63,115 nucleotides of DNA from Trypethelium eluteriae (taxonomy: Eukaryota). The number at the start of each line of letters is the position of its first letter. Within the stretch, counting starts at the first letter, position 1. The stretch lies in the NCBI GenBank assembly GCA_051942245.1, contig JAVECL010000069.1, positions 1 through 63,115 of the forward strand, given 5' to 3'. Positions 47,529 through 59,842 of the stretch are shown in pieces. A program made the translations under genes and the position numbers. The notes beneath the pieces are model-generated. The model did not search any database and was not told the DNA's origin. It saw only the letters and a list, made by a program, of their open reading frames with translations.

Positions 47529-49977
47529 ATGGCACATCAAAGTACGTAACTACTCTTGAATACCAACAAGCAATACTAAGAACATCACAGATCGTGTGGA
47601 AAAGCGCTTGATGCGACAGCGTGGGGCAGGGTGAGCCTAGACAGCTACAACCGTTGGGACATGAATTGACTATAAGAACAGCGCTCGTGAGATGAAAAAT
47701 GCTACCTTTGGTTTCACATTTGGCCAAGCTTCTACGCAGCCTTCCGCTCGAAAGACACCACAGCCGCGCTCTCGATCAGCATCACTTCGACCTACCCCAC
47801 AATCGCGTTCGGGGGGTCGTTCAAGAAGCAAGACACCAGCAAGCAGCTCCAACGAGGCTTCTGCAGGCAGCAGCCGCAAATCTCCAAGAATCGCATCGAG
47901 ACTTGAGAAGCCCGCCAATGCTAATGACTCACTATTTGTCACACCTACTGTAGTTGGCAAGAGAAAACGGCCGGATCCGGTGCCGGAAGTGGATGAAGGC
48001 GAAGACGACGAACTGGAAAGAAATGACGACGAACATCGACCTTTATCTGCAAATGGCAACCCGAATACGTCTGTTGCTAAGAAAAAGTCAGTCCCCATTG
48101 TGTCGGCTGAAGACGATGATCTCCAAGCCATGGAAAAGGAGAATCAAGCTCCAGAAGAAGGCGGATCTGGCACGAAGCGAATATCAGCTCTTTCCGAACT
48201 CGTTCCAAACTCAGATAATCGTAAAATGAAGTCTACTAAGGCCTTCGATGCAGACAATAGACTCAGTAGCCTTCAAAGTACAACGCAAACCACATCACGC
48301 CTTTTGGAAGCTGGGCCAGCGACTATTAATGGACAAGGTTCCGATGATGACGACACAGAGACAGGCATGAGCTATTCCATTGAAGCTAAATATATTCCTA
48401 GGAGGTCTTATCAAAGCGTTGGCAAACTAGATCTGACGGGCAAGGCGAAGGCTAAATCTTCGAGAGAGAATGGTAGCGGAGACAAGAACCAAACATCGAA
48501 ACAGAAAGCCGCGGATAGGAACTTCAGAAAGAGTCAGAACGAGCCAGCCGCAAATGTGGCTGAGGCTGCATCGCCTTCGATCGCTAGGGCTACCAAGAAA
48601 CCAAACATACCTGCGATCCGACGACTCCAAGCGGGCAAGTCTTCTGCCTCCAGTAACGGGGATCCCTCTCCAGCTACGATACGTAAAAAGTTCCAGCAGG
48701 CCACTCCCGCCCTTGCGCCTCCAAAATCTATTCCAACCCCACTTACCGCAGATCGACGGCTAGAAAGCTCGGAAATAGGACCGGCTTCATCGGACATGAC
48801 TGATCAAGTACAGTCGGAACAAATTGAGGCTTCTACGACCGCAACGGGCATCTCTTCAGGATTCCCGGCCGGCTTACTTGGTACAACTATGAAACCCTTC
48901 GAGGGCACTCCCTCGGGTCTTCATGATCAACGATCTGCACAACATAACTCCAGGCAGTCATCTAGTTTTGTCATTCCAGCCGACGGAACCTTGGCAGATT
49001 CACCGGCAGACTGGAGACCTGCTGCTATTAGCCTCGAGATGCACAGCTCTTATCGCAGTCCTGACAGCTCTAGCGCTACAGCGGGAAAGATTACCCAGAC
49101 CAAAAGACGCAAAGCCAATCGTGCTTCCTCTCTTTCAAACTCCTCGCAAAATGCCGTCCCGGTCACTCAATCTCCACCTCCAGCCGCTCCAGCCCGCAAG
49201 CGCAACAGGAACACGCCTGGGATTTCGGTTCCCATAACCATCTATCGCCTCTCCGGTCCCCTCCTCACCGCTCACGACTTCGACTCCGCATCCGACTCAG
49301 AAGACCTCCCCTCCCATGACCCTTCCACCTCCACCAACACTCACACACGAAGCAATGCCCCAAATGCAATCGATGTGCTCGCCCAAGCCACCAGCGAGCT
49401 CCTCTCCTCCCGCGCCGATACCCTTCACAACCAATCCGTTTCCCTCCCCGCTGCCGCCAAGTACAAGAAGAAGCGTGGGGTACTTGAGCGCAAACGCAAC
49501 GCCGTCACGCAGTTTCAAGAGGAGGTTGAGAACCACCTGTTCGAGCTGACTTCGGCGGTAGATGCAAACGCGGTACTTGGGACGAGGCTGCGTGGCTTGG
49601 AGAAGCAGAAGGTTGCGCTGAGGGAAGAGCTGCTTGCTGTGAGGCAGAGGAGGGAAGAAGTGGCGCTCGAGACGGATGAGCTGAGGAGTACGCATACACG
49701 GCACATGGAGGTGGAGAGGGAGGAGAGGGGATTGAGGGTTGGGATTGAGGATTTGGAGGTTGCTGTTCGGAGGGGACGAGACGAAGAGGGGAGAAGGTGG
49801 GAGGAGGGTACGTGGGAGCGTGGAAAGGGTGACGTGGGCATCGAGGGGAAGGCAAGTTTTATGGGTGAGGCAAACGGGAGGGGACCAGAAGGCAGTGGTT
49901 TACTGGAGTTGGTGAAAAGGTTTAACGAGAACCTGGGGAAAGCGGCAGAGACATTGGAGAGGAGGAATGGAATTTGA
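47529..49977 (+). CDS. Inner kinetochore Ame1/CENP-U-like protein (two short 5' exons plus a long exon)
   Basis: Spliced N-terminus MAHQNRVEKRLMRQRGAGAREMKNATFGFTF (introns about 47542-47589 and 47631-47681), a long disordered region, then NAIDVLAQ..ERKRNAVTQFQEEVENHLFEL..LREELLAVRQRREEVALETDELR coiled coil. Confidence 0.7.
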
Positions 49978-50270
49978 GGCCTGTGAACTTTGGGATTCGA
50001 GGTTTGTGTGCCATTTGCTATGATACCCTCAATATTATCAATAACCTATCCAGACTGCTTGTCTTAGCGTCAGCGATGCTCCTTTTGAGTGACTTGTTCT
50101 CCGGTCTTGCATATCAAATTAATCCTTCAGAGCCGTGAAAGATGCTGCTTTCATCTTCAATGCCTGGACTTGACCGAACTGTCTTCCTGAACTCCGATTA
50201 GTCATTCGCCCAGAACCCCAGGGCTAGCTCTGACACCTAGGTAGGCACACTGTAGTACGTACAAAAGTTT

Positions 50271-53200
50271 TTAAAAAATATTCTGTACAGATCTCGCAAT
50301 GCATATCAACAATATATAGCACAACCATGCTCGTGGCCACCATGTTCTTTCAGCTGCTGAATGCTGTGTCGAATGAGCTCCAATACTCCCCATTATCTGA
50401 GAAGAAGTCGTGGACAAGACTGGCGCTACCACTGATGAGATACCACATGGTAAGTCGTTCCCGATAGCAGTCACTTTGCTCCAGACTACCGCGCTATTTC
50501 CCGTGCTGAATTTCAGTATATACATATTATCTGATGCCAGGCTTACGACCTGTCTTTCTAATGTTACAGCTGCACTGCTAGCTGAGATTTTGGTAGGCTG
50601 ATGACTGGTTCCTAGAATAATTGCAGTACAGTCAGGCCCTACAACCTCGTAAGCAGTATATTGCTTCCCTGAGATGATAAGTGAGGTCTGAATAGCAACC
50701 TCTTGGGCAGGTCGACTTGATACAGATTCTTCTGACGGGAGTAGTGTCGTAGTTCGGCCATTGTTTATCAAGTCACTGATACTCTCTGAAATAACCGCAC
50801 TGTTAACTGTTATGCTTTTGCTCCGCCCGATGGTCTCTAGTCCATGTGAAATGGCAGCGACTGGGTTGGGCTGGTCGATGATCGGTGTCCTGCTGGAGTC
50901 ATGGGATGTTTGCGACGCTGAAGAGCTCGTACTGGTAGCGATAGCATTACCTCGAACTGATATAGAATCGAAAGGGACAGTAAAGGTTCTGCCAATGACA
51001 ACTCCAATTGACCCAATGGATATAGGGATTCCAGCGATTTTGGTAGCTTGACCCTTTTGAAGATGGTGATTACCGATCAGCAGATCCTCGAGTTTGCTTG
51101 GATCTTTCGCGATACGCTGACCCCCAACCAAAAGGTAACCTTCTGAAAATCCTTTTTTATCAGGCTTGTGGCTATCTGGCTGGGTGCCATCGCTGTATTC
51201 TTTTAGCCCTGTCCCAGTCCTTGTGGTCTGTAGGCCGCCGGGACTGCGCTGGCCACTTGTGACTAGGAAACTGGCAGAACTTGCTTGCTCTGTGGTATCT
51301 GACTCATAGTGTCCTCCACTTTGTCGGCGACCTGGATCCCCTGGTAAATTACGGTTGCCCGTATTTGTATTTTGAAGATGATCGAAGTCAGTCTTTGCCC
51401 CAGTGGATCCATCACTGCCGGCCAAGCTATTACCTTCCGTAGCAGGATCTGCTCCGTCAGGTCCGGTGATGCTGTGGTAAGAATCTTTTCCTGCAGCTTT
51501 GTCCTCTTTTCCAATAAGAGCAACAATGCCAGCAGCAGCGGATCCAGCATTAGCCGATTGTGCTGAGCCTTGACTGCCTCCCACCGTGCTTAGCAGGATA
51601 TCTGCACTCATCCCAGCAAGACTTTTAGAATTGAATGCAGTTTCAGAGGTAAAGTAACCGTGAAAATTGGTGCTATCGGCTGGTTCTGCTGAACGTGAAA
51701 TCCCAGATCGCTGAGGAGACTCGGTGCCTGCATTACTAAAGTGCGGGATTTCACTGGCTGGGCCATCATGCAACGGATCGCCATTTCGAGGATTACCTGC
51801 TACGGGGTCATGAGAGCCTGGGTTCTGAATCACATTGAAGGTTTGCAGTGGTTGAGTTGTGTCAGGAGCAGAGGCTGGAGAAGCCGGAGCCGGAGCCCAG
51901 ATTGCGTTTGCAGGTGTTGGTGTCGCAGCTGCAAAACCTTGTTGAAGGGCATATGGTGGATCGTAGACTCCTCTAATGTCTCCACCACATGTCTTCCAGG
52001 CTGGATCGATGTTCTGTAGTATTTGAGATGGCAAGACGACTATATTTAGATATTTTAGTGGTCTGCACCGCTATTGAATCAAGTTACGTGGAGTCTCACC
52101 AATAGGAGCATAGGGTGCCGTACAAGGGCACCCTGACACATTATATTCCGTCGCACTTGGACTTGGTCCTTCATTCCATACAAACCACTGATAACACTGA
52201 GGCTGTCTATCGTAAATGCTTTGGGGAACGGGAGTATTGAGATCAGTAAAGTTGAACGATGCAGTACAACAGTCGTCCCCTCCTACATCGGCCCTAGCCG
52301 TTGACCAGATACTGGATAGCTGAGATGGATCTTGGACTGCAATTATTGTAGGACCATATTTCCTACCAAGAATACCACAGGAGTTGGATGCGTAAACATC
52401 TTTGAAAGATAGATATACTGTTGGGGACGTAAAAGTAGTATCCAAGGCGGCCACGGTAACTGGTCCGGATCCTGTAGCTCTCTGAGTGACGGGCCAGTAT
52501 ATAAGACGAACAGTGCCAGCAGTGACTGCACAACCACCTGCAGTACAGCCTAAACTACATCCTGGCGCTAGACTTTCGGTGGCCGGCCAAGAAGAGGTCA
52601 CAGATTCTGATCCATTTGCGAAGGTGGATGTCGAGACTATCCATAGCGGATTTTTGAGTCCAATCCAGTCCCCAGTTATCAGGGATAAGAAAGAGCTCTG
52701 CTTCCTGGCACAAAGAGACGATCCAATGGAGGCCTGTTGGCACAACGGCATTATTTCCGGTGCAGGTGTAGCTGATAGATAAATCTCCCATTCATTTTGA
52801 CATTGATGAATGGATGAGGGAAGTCTGCAAGCCGGTGATTGTGGGACAGTTGAGGGAGAAAAGACAATCGGGCCCAGAGCCGCTGCCGACCTATTGGCAA
52901 GCTCAGAAGACGGTTCTATTTTTTCAACTGTTGACGCGTATACGTCAAAACCCGACATAATCCATGCTGTAGTCATCGTCTTGAAATCGAACCCGTTTGC
53001 TTCCATAGTGTCTGTAACTTCAGTCGTGGTTAAAGCTACGAAGCTCTGAGAATATGAGGTTGTCAATGATGGCATGATGTCATATAAGGTTTCGGCGTTC
53101 GAGCAGGCAGCAGCAGGGGCATACATATCGGTTAGACAATGCTTTGCAAAGCTTATCGAGCTTGACACTAGCCAATATGATGACCATTGAGCAAGACACT

Positions 53201-53689
53201 GCTGAATAGAGACGGTGTTATTCACAGTCCCGTTTGGAGATTTTGGCGGCGCCGTAGACGCTCTAATGAATGGCCAGGTTGGAGATTCATAAGATGTTCG
53301 AGAGTCTGTCATCCTCCTTGTGCGGCTTGTCGTGTTGAGAGGGTTGGACCTATGAGTAGATTCGGATTTCGAGAGAGTAGACGGCGTAAATTGACTCTCG
53401 GAAATCCCTAACCCGTTCGCGATATAGTCTCCGACATTCGAATCCATGCTCGCGACCATACTTGCTGCCCCCAGCCAAGATTGAGAATTTTCAGAAGAGA
53501 CCGAGCTGACATCCCTCGTGTCATGCATCGTAGGCGACGTGACAATGTGGCCTAGATTTTCAAGATAAATATCAGCTTTCTCTCTAGTTGCACCAACAGA
53601 TTTTAACTCTTACTTCTGACAGCATAGTTAGGATAGAAGACGCCTAGAATGAATGTAAAGGAGCATAAGCTCCCACAACAAGGAGGCAT
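50271..53689 (-). CDS. Large secreted, probably GPI-anchored Cys-domain + S/T-rich cell-surface protein (3 exons)
   Basis: Leader exon MPPCCGSLCSFTFILGVF, with introns at about 53552-53613 and 52040-52099. It contains CSLGC..CAVTAGTVRLIYWP, TFTSPTVYLSF, FNFTDLN, DPAWKTC and YDPPYAL, and has a hydrophobic C-terminus. Confidence 0.8.
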
Positions 53690-55731
53690 TGTTTTCTTGA
53701 AAAAATTAAGCGACAACGACTTGGCTTTGGATATTGTACTCGATGATGCACTTGCGTCTCAAGTGAAATGCATCCACAGGGCTCAAAAAGAAGTCGTATG
53801 TCAATATTAGTAAGACCCATGAGCATAAAACGAACAGACTGTCAGAGAAGATGAATTCCAGCGTCGCCTAGGTGCGTATTTGTAGCTTCACGAGTGATCC
53901 AGTGCCTGTACAGTTGCATGAAAAATAGGCAGAACTCATCTTATCGTCGGAGAAAAGAGGTTTTGGACACTTCAACTCTTGACGGGTTCTCCAATCACAG
54001 ATAAGACCTAGGTGTTAGCATATCGGACATTGACCAAGAACAGAGCGCTGGACAGCAAAGAAATTAGCGGGGCAACAAAGGCAATAATACAGACGAGCTC
54101 ATTAGACACAATCCAATAACTCATGTTTCGAAGATGCTACTCGGTGTCTACTTGCACCGTGCTGACCCATTTTGCAAGACATGGTACTATCGCTGCTGAA
54201 AAGGGACTTCCGTGAATCAACAGCGCCCAGGAACTGTATTTTTGGCCTTCAAGGGAGGGCGGAATTCCTACGCGCTGAGAACCGTACGATAGTACTGCAA
54301 AGCAAGCAGCAGTGCTTCTACAGCTACTAACACCGATCGAGATTAGGTTCAAGTGTCAAAGTGATCCTTATGGAACAGAAACCCAGCCCTCACGGTACTC
54401 TACCTACCTAAGACCTGTTGCAAGGGCACGTGAGCGGTTCGCGGGTTTGGCTTAAGGTTCCTGAAAAAGTCTCCGCGCTCGGGAACATGACCAATCAAAT
54501 CGCAGTGCACAACACATTATGATAAGGTACTCAATGTTATCAAATTTATTGTGGTCCTAGAGCATCATTGTGTTACTAACATCAAGTTGTGCATAACCTG
54601 ATTTTGTTGAGTTTAGAGGTAACGGGGTCCCTAGGGCAAATACTACCTTATGGAGGAAAGATTGTGGTGAGAGTAACCCTAACTCACAAACGACTGGCGA
54701 GAGCCTCCCAAAACTCCACGAAGGAGAGCTGAAAGGTGCCAGAACTGAGGGATTTGCACTTGACACGTTGCAAGTACCGTCATAGCCTCCATGAGCATGT
54801 ATAACTTGATTTTGACTCCGTGCCTCAGGTTGTTTCTGTAAGTGCAGGTGCAGAGCAGATTAGTTCATGAGGATTCTATCTCGGGACTATTATTGAACAT
54901 GGCTTAATGGCTTTGAGTACATCTCCATCTCGCGTTTGTAATATATTGTTCGGCACGTGAGTACATACAATTAAGAGGATTGGAGCGACAGGAGTCACTA
55001 GTTTGTACACCTGTTGCTTACTTCAGAAGTAGCCTCCGTTTAACTCGGAGCCTCACAAATGTCGCTCAGAGTTGATACATAGAAGACAGAGAGGAATGAG
55101 TCGTTAGGTATCCAATGACGAAGTATAGTGGAGAGATACCGCACATCTGCAACCCACGAAATCTCATGAGGAAGTCATGGTTCCATTTCTTTATCAGATT
55201 CACTGCAGCACCATGGCTTCATCACTTCGATGCGCCTGGAGTGCCTTCTATTGGCATTATATCCTGGAAGTGCGGACTTCTTTTCTGAACCTCATCCGGG
55301 AAATGTGTAAGAAAAATTACAGCGTGCTCCCCATCGAGTGTGCATACTTTATTGCTTATTCGAACGACAATATCTCAGGGACATCGAGTGTATCTCTTGA
55401 CACGGTCGGAACTATTACCTACAGGCTGCCATTCTGTTGCTGGTAATAAAAACATCTCAAAGCAGGTGTTCAACATTCCTCAAGTCCAATGGATATCGGC
55501 GCTGACTATCACGGGCCACAAAACGACAAACGGAGTAACAGCTCCGTAAGCACTTGAATTGAAAGGCTTCAGCACACTGAAGCCAGGTCCAGATCGCGCG
55601 TTGAATACGCCTTAGGGGCTTCATGCGAGCAGGTGGCTTGGGCCACGCCCACGGAGATAACGTCACAGACCGAATCGTCAAATACATGAGTTGGAAGGAC
55701 ATCGATCGGCTTCACGTACCTCCGAATTTTT

Positions 55732-57843
55732 TCAAGACGGCTGATCTGGTTGATGCATAAATATCTCATCGCTCGGCGCCATACCCCTTTCCAGGCCCTC
55801 TTTCCCACACAATCCCCTCACGTCCGCCGGTATCTCAAATTTGGCCACCTCCTCCGCCCTCGCCAGCACCTGCATCATAAGTCCGGCCTCAGCATGCCAA
55901 GTAACATGACAGTGCAGCGCCCACATCCCCGGATTATCGAGTACCACCCTCACCAGCACCCACCCAAACGCCTCCATCGTCACCGTATCCCTACGCAACG
56001 GATTTTCCAGATTCAGGGTTCCGTCTTCATAGATGGAAGGCGAAGGATACCCCGAGGACCCGGACGCCAAGACCCAGAACTTGTGGCCGTGGAGGTGCAA
56101 GGGATGCGCGCCGTCGTCAAAGTTCGAGACGAGCAGGTCCACGGTGCGAATCCCGCTCGTTTGAAGGACGAGCTCGCGGGTGGCGTCGAAGGCGGCGGTG
56201 TTGACGAAAGCGAACGGGTTGGGGAGGATGTCCTCGGGCAAGGAGGAGGTGGAGGTGGTGCTGGAGGGACCGGAGGAGATGAACGAGGTGTTGGAAGAGG
56301 AGAGACCGTCGACGGCGCGGAGGAGAGTCGGAGAGTGGGCAGAGGCGCGCCAGGAGGTTTGGTTGAAGAAGCCGCGACTCAGACGCCAGGCGCCGATTTC
56401 GAAAGTAGTGCGTAGGTAAAAGGTCGCGTCTGCGACTGAAGGTGGTGGAATTTGTTCGATGGGAATGAGCTCCGTGGTGTTCATATCACGGCATTCTAGC
56501 TCGACGACATCGTTCCAGTCTTTGCTTGTGGGCTCAGGGGATGGTGAGCTTGGCTCCGTTGGGTTCGTTGTATAGTTGATGATGGCGCGAGCTTCACCTT
56601 TCATATCAGGATTTGGCTCGGCAAAGCAGGTTGTAATCATTTGAGCGCGGAGCCAGTAAGAATTTGTGCTATTTGACGAGATAATGATGCTATAGCGTTG
56701 AGCTGGATTGATCTTTAGACGATGGTAATAGGCAGGCCAGATATCGGTGCCATCGACCTCAGTGACGGCGAATTCGTGTTCGTCAATTTGCAATTGGAAC
56801 TCTGCAAACGCTCCTACATTGATGATCCGCAGCCGATGATTCTTTGTTGATTCGAGAGCGAAGACTGGTAGGCTGGCACTCGAGTTGTCACACTTTCGAT
56901 GCAGTAGAGAGCTGCAGTCCCTAACATTCATGCCATTTATCAAGGCACTGTCGGGCACTGGCTCGGCATTTTCCTGATCTGGTGCCAGATACTCCATGAG
57001 CAGCTCGCTCGAAAGATTATAGTAGTGGTCATGCACCATGACTACGCGGTCCGTGTGATATTCAATTTTCTGCTGTTCGCGTTCATCCTTGCCGTGAATC
57101 ACGAAGGGGCCAAAAAGTCCGTCGGCAGCTTGGACACCTTGATGCGCATGATACCAATACGTGCCAGATTGACCATCCACCTTGAAGTCGTACGTGAATC
57201 GAGTGTTGGGTGCTATTGGGCACTGTGTAATGCCAACTGTTCCATCCATCCAGTTCGTTCCATTTTGATAGAGTCCGTGCCAATGTATTGAGGTCGCGTT
57301 GGCTGCTTGATTATCCACGTTGACGACAATTGTATCACCCTCGTTGCATTCAATTAGAGGACCTGGGAATTGTCCGTTGACTAGCATCATTGGACGGTAG
57401 ACTCCATCAGGGTTCTTTTCTATGTCTTGTATTGTCCAATTATAGACCCGCCTCTTCGGCCCTACTCCATAGTCCCAATTTGGATTTAATGTGTAGTCGC
57501 CGGGCGTGCGCACTTGCTCTGATCCGACATCTACAGTAGGGCTCTCTAACACGTTAGGAACCTCGATTGGTTTGGAGGCGTCTGATTTGAGGGTATTACT
57601 GAGCGCTATCGCCAACGCGATGATCGCCAAGATCGATCCAATGATAATAGGGACAATAGTCCGTGGCCGCAAGATTCGGGTGATCAAGGAAATAGGGTGT
57701 TCTCTCGCTCGCTGTTGGGGAAGTTTTTCGACATCGTGTTCGCTAAGGAGAGCCTGCTCCTGTTCCTCTGAAGGCGTCAGCTGGGACGAGCCTGAATCTA
57801 GCTCGTAGCCATCCTCGGGCTCATCTTCGTGCCGCGAGGGCAT
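55732..57843 (-). CDS. Multicopper oxidase (AA1, ferroxidase/laccase-like) with an N-terminal signal anchor, intronless
   Basis: All four Cu motifs are present: IHWHG, YWYHAH, HPLHLHGH and HCHVTWHAEAGL (axial Leu). A TM helix (IVPIIIGSILAIIALAIAL) follows an acidic tail of about 62 aa. Confidence 0.96.
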   Translation of the reverse strand: MPSRHEDEPEDGYELDSGSSQLTPSEEQEQALLSEHDVEKLPQQRAREHPISLITRILRPRTIVPIIIGSILAIIALAIALSNTLKSDASKPIEVPNVLESPTVDVGSEQVRTPGDYTLNPNWDYGVGPKRRVYNWTIQDIEKNPDGVYRPMMLVNGQFPGPLIECNEGDTIVVNVDNQAANATSIHWHGLYQNGTNWMDGTVGITQCPIAPNTRFTYDFKVDGQSGTYWYHAHQGVQAADGLFGPFVIHGKDEREQQKIEYHTDRVVMVHDHYYNLSSELLMEYLAPDQENAEPVPDSALINGMNVRDCSSLLHRKCDNSSASLPVFALESTKNHRLRIINVGAFAEFQLQIDEHEFAVTEVDGTDIWPAYYHRLKINPAQRYSIIISSNSTNSYWLRAQMITTCFAEPNPDMKGEARAIINYTTNPTEPSSPSPEPTSKDWNDVVELECRDMNTTELIPIEQIPPPSVADATFYLRTTFEIGAWRLSRGFFNQTSWRASAHSPTLLRAVDGLSSSNTSFISSGPSSTTSTSSLPEDILPNPFAFVNTAAFDATRELVLQTSGIRTVDLLVSNFDDGAHPLHLHGHKFWVLASGSSGYPSPSIYEDGTLNLENPLRRDTVTMEAFGWVLVRVVLDNPGMWALHCHVTWHAEAGLMMQVLARAEEVAKFEIPADVRGLCGKEGLERGMAPSDEIFMHQPDQPS

Positions 57844-58498
57844 AATCTGCGTGATGGAGCTCTACCGCGACCCTAATGAAGACATGAGGTCAGGATCAAA
57901 AGTGGGAGGTTCAAGTATCAGGGTTCTCAGGGTCCGGCAAGGCATCGACGCCACTCATCTTCATCCCGATGCGCTTCAGGGTCCCAGCTTGGCGCAGGGA
58001 TCAGACTGACGGACTTGTGAAGGGTGTTCCCCGTAACGCAGTCGAAGCTTTTGCTGTCAATTAGCAGGGCAATGATTGGAGGAAAAGTTGATGACATGCA
58101 GATCGATAGGAACGGGATGTCCGAGTTCTCGACTTGTGGCCTTGGGCAAGATGAGGTGATGAGCTCGAATCAGAGGCGAGTGCTGAAACACATGCGCCTC
58201 CCATCCTTTCCCAGCTTCCTCAACCGTCCGCCGAGACTTTCACGCAGGGTCCCGCACCGTCAACTTTTGCACCTTCCCAGCCTACAAACCTCCTCCTGCT
58301 TCCCAGCTCCCACCCACGCACGCCACGCTACCATGTAGCCCGTAATCTGCCTTAGCTAGCGATGCGCCGCTTCCTGTGCTTGAGTCGCCTGCAAGGTCAG
58401 TGAGTCGGATATTCGGCGGGCTTCTCTACGATCCCCGCTGGACAGCAGGCCCAGCTATTCCTAGACGAAGCAAATCTAATTATTGTGGACTTGTGCAG

Positions 58499-59842
58499 AT
58501 GGCCATATATAACAAACTGCCTGCCGACGAGGACGCAGACCCCGGAGACGTTCTTCCTACCGACCAGGAACCGCTAAGACCGGTCCATCGATCCTGGACT
58601 CTTCATACATTCATTTCGATACTGACCTTCATTATGCTATCCGCCTTCATTGTCGCAGCTCTCGCTCTTGCGGGCGGAGTTGTAACTCAGAACACTCAGA
58701 CGTCGGCCTCTGATGTTTACGCTGCTCAAGCCACTGCGAAAACCGCTCACCCTACTTCCAACGTCGCCGGCGCAGCTTTCCAGCGTTTTGTTGTCATCTG
58801 GCTTGAGAACACCGACTATGACAAAGCCTCTGGCGACCCCAATCTTGCCTACTTGGCGCAAAAGGGCATCACCCTCTCTAACTACTTTGCTCTGACCCAT
58901 CCATCCGAACCGAATTATGTAGCCTCGATCGGCGGTGACAATTTTGGTATGGACAATGACGACTTCAACCAAGTCCCAGGCAACGTCTCCACCATCATAG
59001 ACCTTCTCGAAGATCGTGGGATAAGTTGGAGCATGTACCAAGAGGATATGCCATACTCTGGTTTTGAGGGATATTCTTGGGTCAATCAGCAGACTCAAGC
59101 TAATGACTACGTCCGGAAACACAATCCAGCCATCATTTACAATGCAAATACCACTCCTGACCGTCTGGCGAAGAACAAAAACTTGACCATGTTCTATGAG
59201 GATCTCAAGACGAATCGACTTCCCCAGTGGATGTTCATAACCCCCAATATGACTGATGATGGTCACGACACCAGTGTTACTGTTGCGGGCACCTGGACTC
59301 GCGCATTTGTCGAGCCGCTGCTCAATGACACCAGATTCATGCAGAACACTACGGTCCTGATCACGTTCGATGAGAACCATACCTACACCCAACAAAACCG
59401 TGTCCTGGGTATTCTCCTTGGAGATGCCGTTCCCAAGGAACTCATTGGCACTACCGACTCTAACTTCTATGACCATTACTCCGAGATTGCCACTGTCGAG
59501 GCTAACTGGGGTCTCAACACGCTGGGTCGCTGGGACGTCGGCGCCAATGTCTTCTCTTGGGTCGCTGATAAGGTTCAGGAGGAGGTCAGACCATGGGACG
59601 CAGCTACCAACGCGGCCAACCCCTCTGTCTTCCTAAACCAGTCCTTTATCGGTCCCTTCAGTGATACCCAGAAGGGTCCTCTTCCTGTCCCCAATACCAA
59701 TGCTGAACACTCTGGCCGCAAGGTTCTTCCGAAGATCAAGGACACTTGGGGAGCTTTTGTTAACAGCACGTACTATACCACAGGCGTTGAGGTCCCCGAT
59801 GGTCTCCGCCCTCCTCAGGGCTGGGCCATTACCTCTTCTTAA
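58499..59842 (+). CDS. Acid phosphatase, phosphoesterase family (fungal phosphate-repressible PhoA type)
   Basis: FVVIWLENTDY, LTHPSEPNYVASIGGD, YVRKHNP, FITPNMTDDGHDT, LITFDE and YDHYS. A probable 5'-UTR intron lies at about 58396-58498. Confidence 0.93.
   Translation: MAIYNKLPADEDADPGDVLPTDQEPLRPVHRSWTLHTFISILTFIMLSAFIVAALALAGGVVTQNTQTSASDVYAAQATAKTAHPTSNVAGAAFQRFVVIWLENTDYDKASGDPNLAYLAQKGITLSNYFALTHPSEPNYVASIGGDNFGMDNDDFNQVPGNVSTIIDLLEDRGISWSMYQEDMPYSGFEGYSWVNQQTQANDYVRKHNPAIIYNANTTPDRLAKNKNLTMFYEDLKTNRLPQWMFITPNMTDDGHDTSVTVAGTWTRAFVEPLLNDTRFMQNTTVLITFDENHTYTQQNRVLGILLGDAVPKELIGTTDSNFYDHYSEIATVEANWGLNTLGRWDVGANVFSWVADKVQEEVRPWDAATNAANPSVFLNQSFIGPFSDTQKGPLPVPNTNAEHSGRKVLPKIKDTWGAFVNSTYYTTGVEVPDGLRPPQGWAITSS

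Noticed and set aside
53830..55700. 1.9-kb gap with several ORFs under 90 aa
   Set aside because: No coding signal, repeat or RNA-gene structure could be supported.
58637..59476. 279-aa minus-strand ORF
   Set aside because: It is antisense to the acid phosphatase and explained by codon bias on the sense strand.
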